A stretch of DNA of 10,728 nt from an uncultured Pseudomonadota bacterium (GTDB taxonomy: Bacteria; BMS3Abin14): positions 1 through 10,728 of the forward strand of contig CAYVSA010000065.1 of the NCBI GenBank assembly GCA_964454175.1, given 5' to 3'. Below, piece by piece: positions 6,347 to 10,728 of this stretch (its first letter is position 1; every line of letters starts with the position of its first letter). The position numbers and the translations under genes were made by a program. The notes under the pieces were generated by a model. It ran no database searches, had not been told where the DNA came from, and saw only the letters and a program-made list of their open reading frames with translations.

Positions 6347-6781
6347 TCAGATCATCTCCTCCAATATGACCACTGCGTCCTCCAGGAGTTTTTCACACAC
6401 CGTCTCGGTAAGATTCTGCGCTTTCGCCTGCTCAAAACCCGATTCGGTGCTCACATCACATCCCATGAGTTCGCTGCATGTGATGGAACTGTTTTTCCTT
6501 TTAAACCTCTCTGCAAAATCCCTGACCATCCTGTAGTTCAGCTCCTTGTCCTCCTGCCGCAGGGGGTCTGTCATGCCGTAGACCATTCCCAGGATCAGGA
6601 AGGATCCGGAAACGGCACCGCACACTCCTGCCATCCGGCCCATCCCGGCCCCCAACCCGCAGGAAATTTTGAGGGCATATTCCCGATCAAGGCCCAATTC
6701 CCCGGCAAACCCTGACAGGATCGACTGAGCACAGTTATAATCGCTTCGGTAACACTCGAGTACGGCATCCTTTCTGCTCAT
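6347..6781 (-). CDS. C_GCAxxG_C_C family putative redox-active protein
   Basis: 144 aa; YNCAQSIL, GLGAGMGRMAGVCGAVSG, SITCSELMG, VCEKLL. SD AAGGAG upstream of the ATG. Confidence 0.9.
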   Translation of the reverse strand: MSRKDAVLECYRSDYNCAQSILSGFAGELGLDREYALKISCGLGAGMGRMAGVCGAVSGSFLILGMVYGMTDPLRQEDKELNYRMVRDFAERFKRKNSSITCSELMGCDVSTESGFEQAKAQNLTETVCEKLLEDAVVILEEMI

Positions 6782-6803
6782 TCCGTCTCCTTTTTAACCA
6801 GAT

Positions 6804-6829
6804 GAAAAGAGGGGCCTGTGGCCCCTTTC
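6804..6829 (-). terminator. Probable intrinsic terminator after the glycosyltransferase
   Basis: Stem aggggcc (6810-6816) / ggcccct (6820-6826) with a 3-nt loop; the minus strand continues CUUUU. Confidence 0.6.
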
Positions 6830-6864
6830 CGATTCAAACAGGTTGAATGTCCAATCTTGAAATT

Positions 6865-8139
6865 TCAGTCAGGCTTGCTGCAGCCGCCATCCGTACCGGC
6901 CTGTTCAACAGCCCATTCCCACCGCTTCAGGAGATAGGGCTTTTCCTCTTCGAATATCCGCGCCTGCTTTTCTATTTCCACCTCAGCCTGGCTGTCGTTC
7001 ATGCCATCTACCGACCTGGCAAAACTGGCCACCCTGGCATAGTACAGGGGGGTCAGCAGTTCCACCAGCTTGAACCTGTTCTTCTTCCAGCAGTGGTAGG
7101 TAGATGCCGAGTCGAACAAAATATGCGACCAATCGGCCACGTCAATGAAAAAACCGTCCTCTGTTTCCGCCAGGTCTTTAACGATGCGGAAGGACTTTTC
7201 ACTGAGCACCCTCTCCCAAAGCGTACCGAACTGGTGGTATCCGTGCCTGAATGATTCAACGAGCGTATCGGTGTTAATGGGAAACGGTTCCGGCTCAGTG
7301 TGGATCTCCTCTCCCACAATGGGCACTGCTTCGCTCCCGCTCACCACCGCCCACTCTTCGGAGTAATCCTCCATTAGCTGGAATAATGTGGATACAACCT
7401 GCCTGAACATCGGGCCAAGGTTCTCGGATGGGTCCTTTACGTCATGTATCTTGGCGCCCAGTCTTGCCTGGCAGACGTTATAATTCTGAACCAGTGCGGT
7501 TGTTGTCATCCAGATATCTATACCGAACCTGCCCACGTCCGTGTCCCAGACATCCATGTTGTACAGATACTCAACCACTTCCCTGCCAAAGGCAAAATCG
7601 CCGCCTATGGGCTGTCTGACCCTCCTGCCGTAAAGGGCCCTGGTCATGTTGTAAACTATATTGTTGGTAATAGTTCCATCCAGTTTGAACCGTTTGTAGT
7701 AAGGGGCTACGAACTGATAATCATCGTTCAGTATCGGACAGAGGAGGTTCCTGATCCACTGGGGACTGATACTTCTCAGATCAGAATCCACAACCACGCA
7801 GGCTTCTGCCCCCAGGAACCTGGCCACCTCGAGAACTGCCCTCAGGGCCGAACCTTTACCAGGTATCCCCCTGTAGATCGTTACCAGGATCTCCTGCCAT
7901 GGGAGTACCTCCACTCGGCGGGCTTCCTCCCTGGAGTCATCAACTGACCCCCCATCGGAGACAATGATCAGGGATTTTTTACCGGGATAATACTTGTGAA
8001 GTCCCATGCTGACTTTCTCAACAACGTGGCCTATTGTGGACTGGTTGTTGTAGCATGGTATACCGACTACGATATCGGCACCCTCTATGACCTCAACGCG
8101 GCTCCTGGCGTCCTCTCTCAGTGCTGTGAGGTACTTCAT
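6865..8139 (-). CDS. GT-A fold glycosyltransferase, glucosylglycerate synthase (Ggs)-like
   Basis: 424 aa; ADIVVGIPCYNN, SDGGSVD, YRGIPGKGSALR, DxD motif VDSDLRSI, DGTITNNIVY, VRQPIGGDF, WDTDVGRFGIDIWMTT. SD GGAGG. Substrate specificity is inferred. Confidence 0.8.
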   Translation of the reverse strand: MKYLTALREDARSRVEVIEGADIVVGIPCYNNQSTIGHVVEKVSMGLHKYYPGKKSLIIVSDGGSVDDSREEARRVEVLPWQEILVTIYRGIPGKGSALRAVLEVARFLGAEACVVVDSDLRSISPQWIRNLLCPILNDDYQFVAPYYKRFKLDGTITNNIVYNMTRALYGRRVRQPIGGDFAFGREVVEYLYNMDVWDTDVGRFGIDIWMTTTALVQNYNVCQARLGAKIHDVKDPSENLGPMFRQVVSTLFQLMEDYSEEWAVVSGSEAVPIVGEEIHTEPEPFPINTDTLVESFRHGYHQFGTLWERVLSEKSFRIVKDLAETEDGFFIDVADWSHILFDSASTYHCWKKNRFKLVELLTPLYYARVASFARSVDGMNDSQAEVEIEKQARIFEEEKPYLLKRWEWAVEQAGTDGGCSKPD

Positions 8140-8173
8140 GCGGCCTCCACAAAATCAAAGGGCTGTTTTAAAA

Positions 8174-8202
8174 AGGGTAGACTATCGGTCATGCCGTGTC
8201 AA
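8174..8202 (-). promoter_or_regulatory. Putative sigma70 promoter of the glycosyltransferase
   Basis: Minus strand TTGACA (8202-8197), 17-nt spacer, TACCCT (8179-8174). Confidence 0.55.
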
Positions 8203-8223
8203 AAAATTGTTGATCCGCCTGGT

Positions 8224-8523
8224 CTAGTAACCCAGATCCACTGAAAATGACCTGTACTCACCCCCGGCCGTTTCGAACTCAACGTCTACACGATCCACTC
8301 TGGAAGCAGACGGCCCACTGCAGGCCCACTGAACCAGTTTGTTCAGGGCACTTTTCGGCCCTTCTGCGATTATTTCAACCGTTCCATCCATCAGGTTACG
8401 AACAACTCCGACCAGGTCCAGCTCCGAAGCTCTGTAGCGGGTACTCTCTCTGAACGTCACCCCGTGTACCCTCCCGTGAACTATCATGTGAACACGCTCG
8501 ATCTTTCCCTCCGCACGCTGCAT
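8224..8523 (-). CDS. acyP: Acylphosphatase
   Basis: 99 aa; VHGRVHGVTFR (catalytic Arg), GVVRNLMDGTVEIIAEG (catalytic Asn), GPSASRVDRV. ATG 8523 lies 5 nt after GGGGAG; GTG 8529 is an alternative. Confidence 0.92.
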   Translation of the reverse strand: MQRAEGKIERVHMIVHGRVHGVTFRESTRYRASELDLVGVVRNLMDGTVEIIAEGPKSALNKLVQWACSGPSASRVDRVDVEFETAGGEYRSFSVDLGY

Positions 8524-8591
8524 ATTCACTCCCCGTTAATCTTCCAAATCAAATCAAATAGTTACCAAATCTTACCGTACAAACCGTATCC

Positions 8592-8693
8592 ACCTGAAAC
8601 CTGAAACTGCAGTCAAAGACTGCCTCCCTGAACATGGCCCCCGGGCCTTGGGACTGTAGCGAAGCGAAACCAGAAACCAGGAACTGGAAACCA
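8592..8693. repeat. Heptamer repeats flanking small hairpins (intergenic composite repeat)
   Basis: acctgaa x2 (8592-8605); hairpin gcagtc-aaa-gactgc (8609-8623); ggccc-cc-gggcc (8636-8647); gaaacca gaaacca ggaactg gaaacca (8666-8693). Confidence 0.6.
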
Positions 8694-8702
8694 GGTCGAT
8701 CA

Positions 8703-9113
8703 TCAATCATCAAGTCGGTGGATATGCGGCCTTATGTCCAACACCGGAGTACCGTCGATCGTATCAAGGCCCCTCACTCTCAGCAGCGTACCATCCACTG
8801 CCAGGAGTTCTACTGCATAGACCGCCAGGGGATTCGGACGAACAGGACTTCGAGTGGCAAAAACCCCGCGGAGACCCAGTGATGGATCCCGTCTCGGTCT
8901 CACCTTCAGAATATCCCTTTCTGACTCGTGCAGCCAGCAGATGAGCTGGAGCATATCCCAATCATCCACACCGTCCAGCGCGTCCACGTATTCGGGAAGC
9001 ACCTTGACTTCCGCCTCCAGTCCGGTCTCTCTACCCTGCCTCGGAGCACTTTTTCGGCTTTTCACCTCAGACCTGACGTAGCCTATTGGCAGAAGACTGA
9101 TGGCGCCGCTCAT
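8703..9113 (-). CDS. tsaA: TrmO/TsaA (YaeB/AF0241-type) SAM-binding tRNA t6A37 N6-methyltransferase, short single-domain form
   Basis: 136 aa; PIGYVRS, APRQG, WLH, RGVFATRSPVRPNPL, VRGLDTIDGTPVLDIRP. 4-nt ATGA overlap with the mtaB stop. Confidence 0.88.
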   Translation of the reverse strand: MSGAISLLPIGYVRSEVKSRKSAPRQGRETGLEAEVKVLPEYVDALDGVDDWDMLQLICWLHESERDILKVRPRRDPSLGLRGVFATRSPVRPNPLAVYAVELLAVDGTLLRVRGLDTIDGTPVLDIRPHIHRLDD

Positions 9114-10450
9114 GAGGGCTCTCCCTGGTCCGGAGTTCGTGCCGCGCTGCCAACGGTACGACAGTTCAGAACCCTGCCATCGCTGCCTGTGGCCAATACA
9201 TCGACAAGTTTACCAGGAGTCCACCCTCCGGCGGCAAGTTTTACCCTGATGTAATTATCCGCGAGTGCATTACAGCCATTATCATCCCGGCTGCCTCTTT
9301 CGGGAACTACCTCCAGTATGGAGCCCACAAAGGATTCGAGGTAAGCCTGTCTGCTGGATCCGGCAATTTCCCTGAGACGAGCTGCCCTCTCTTTTTTGAC
9401 GGGATGGGGGACGTCATTTTTCAGCCTGGCGGCCTCCGTACCCGGTCTTGGTGAGTAAGGGAAAACGTGGAGAAAGGGGATTTTAAGATCGCTGATGATC
9501 TCTTCTGTCTCCAGAAAATCCTTTTCCGTCTCGCCGGGATATCCGCATATGACATCGCAGCCGATACCCAGACCGGGGACGGCTTTTCTGGCCCGGTCAA
9601 CGCAATCAGCGAAATCCACCCGCGTGTACTGCCTGTTCATCAGTCCGAGGATACGGTCGCAACCGCTCTGCAGCGGAATGTGAAGGTGACGACAGATCCT
9701 GGCACCTGACCCGGACATGAGGGCAAGAAGCCTCTCTGTTACCTCCAGCGGCTCAAGGGAACTTAGCCTGACCCTGCCCGGAGTGCCTGAATTCAGAAAA
9801 GCTTCGACCAGACCCTCAAGAGACCGCCGGGGGGAGAGATCCCTTCCGTAAAACCCGAGGTGGATGCCGGTCAGGACTACCTCGGAAACTCCGTTTTCCA
9901 ACTGAGCCCTCAAGGATCCCAGGACCCGATCAGGCGGCAGGCTGCGGCCCGGGCCTCTCACCTTTGGAACGATACAGTAACTGCACGAACAATCGCAGCC
10001 ATCCTGTACCTTCAGAAGTCCCCTGTCTTTTCCCTCCTGGGCAACGGCGGGGTCTTCGGGCCAGTCCGCCCACACCGCAGAATGATCGAAACCGAGGATG
10101 GATGGCAGCCTGCCCCTGTCCTGCATATCCAGTATGAGATCAACCTCCGGTATATCTTCGAGAGCTGCCGGGGCTCCCCTGGACATACAGCCTGTAACCA
10201 CCATGACAGCCTCGGGATTGATCCTCTTGAGTTTCCTGATCTCCTGCCTGCACTGAGCCTCCGTGGGCCCGGTTACCATACATGTATTCACGATCAGAAG
10301 ACCCGCAGTCTCACGCCCTCCCGGGATCATACCGCAACCAGAAAGGGAAGCTGCTAACGCAGCCGAATCGTACTGGTTGGCCTTGCAGCCAAGGGTCACC
10401 AGTGCGAAGCTGCCCTCTCTTGCGGTATCCGAAATTTCAGGCCTGTTCAT
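9110..10450 (-). CDS. mtaB: tRNA t6A37 methylthiotransferase MtaB (radical SAM)
   Basis: 446 aa; MTTase N-terminal TLGCKANQYDS, VNTC and VTGC; radical SAM motif KVQDGCDCSCSYC; LTGIHLG, RLSSLEP, HLHIPLQSG, HVFPYSPRPGT, DNYIRV. These motifs fit MtaB better than MiaB or RimO. Confidence 0.9.
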   Translation of the reverse strand: MNRPEISDTAREGSFALVTLGCKANQYDSAALAASLSGCGMIPGGRETAGLLIVNTCMVTGPTEAQCRQEIRKLKRINPEAVMVVTGCMSRGAPAALEDIPEVDLILDMQDRGRLPSILGFDHSAVWADWPEDPAVAQEGKDRGLLKVQDGCDCSCSYCIVPKVRGPGRSLPPDRVLGSLRAQLENGVSEVVLTGIHLGFYGRDLSPRRSLEGLVEAFLNSGTPGRVRLSSLEPLEVTERLLALMSGSGARICRHLHIPLQSGCDRILGLMNRQYTRVDFADCVDRARKAVPGLGIGCDVICGYPGETEKDFLETEEIISDLKIPFLHVFPYSPRPGTEAARLKNDVPHPVKKERAARLREIAGSSRQAYLESFVGSILEVVPERGSRDDNGCNALADNYIRVKLAAGGWTPGKLVDVLATGSDGRVLNCRTVGSAARTPDQGEPS

Positions 10451-10483
10451 TGGGTTTACTTATATGGATTGGACATAAAATGC

Positions 10484-10512
10484 AACAGGCTGAACCGGTG
10501 GTTCAGCCTGTT
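10484..10512. terminator. Perfect 13-bp inverted repeat, terminator-like
   Basis: aacaggctgaacc (10484-10496), loop ggt, ggttcagcctgtt (10500-10512); imperfect T-rich tails on both strands. Confidence 0.55.
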
Positions 10513-10674
10513 TGTTCAATGTTCCCTTCACCAAGGCTACGGCTGCAAACGGGGTAAAAACCTGGGTCCGGGTTTAATCTGAAGTGACAAGAGCTTGTTT
10601 ACCACGGTGCGGTCACTAAAAGACCGCTCCACGGGGTTTCACAGGGTTAAGATCAAGTCAAAGAATCCTGGTGT

Positions 10675-10701
10675 CACGCAAAGCTCGCAAAGATCGCAAA
10701 G
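10675..10701. repeat. Nonamer tandem repeat (NNCGCAAAG x3)
   Basis: cacgcaaag ctcgcaaag atcgcaaag. Confidence 0.75.
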
Positions 10702-10728
10702 AAAACCTTTTTGGGGTTTATGAGGATC

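Noticed and set aside
8449..8481. Inactive acylphosphatase (GRVHGVTFR versus the usual GRVQGVGFR)
   Set aside because: The catalytic Arg and Asn are retained and such loop variation is plausible in active enzymes.

Overview
Bacterial chromosomal window; gene content and repeat style suggest a deltaproteobacterial/Desulfobacterota-like organism (inference only). The + strand carries an Mla/MCE lipid-transport cluster (mlaE-mlaF-mlaD-mlaA, 189-bp gap, mlaC). It has no mlaB; instead a stand-alone, Cys-rich cyclic-nucleotide-binding protein follows mlaC, then an NRDE/TANGO2-family gene. Converging on the - strand are mtaB-trmO(tsaA), acylphosphatase, a glucosylglycerate-synthase-like glycosyltransferase, a C_GCAxxG_C_C protein and a REC-PilZ response regulator. 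The intergenic DNA is repeat-rich: a tandem 159-bp-period, five-hairpin MITE/REP-like element at the start, degenerate heptamer arrays (4544-4634, ~8592-8693) and a nonamer/hairpin mosaic at the end. The most notable points are the atypical Mla system (cNMP protein where MlaB usually sits, Cys-less MlaA, SD-led 4-codon uORF), the structured tandem repeat, a probably leaderless NRDE gene and two coupled t6A37-hypermodifying genes. No transposase, CRISPR array, tRNA or rRNA was seen. All calls are from motif reading, not database searches.
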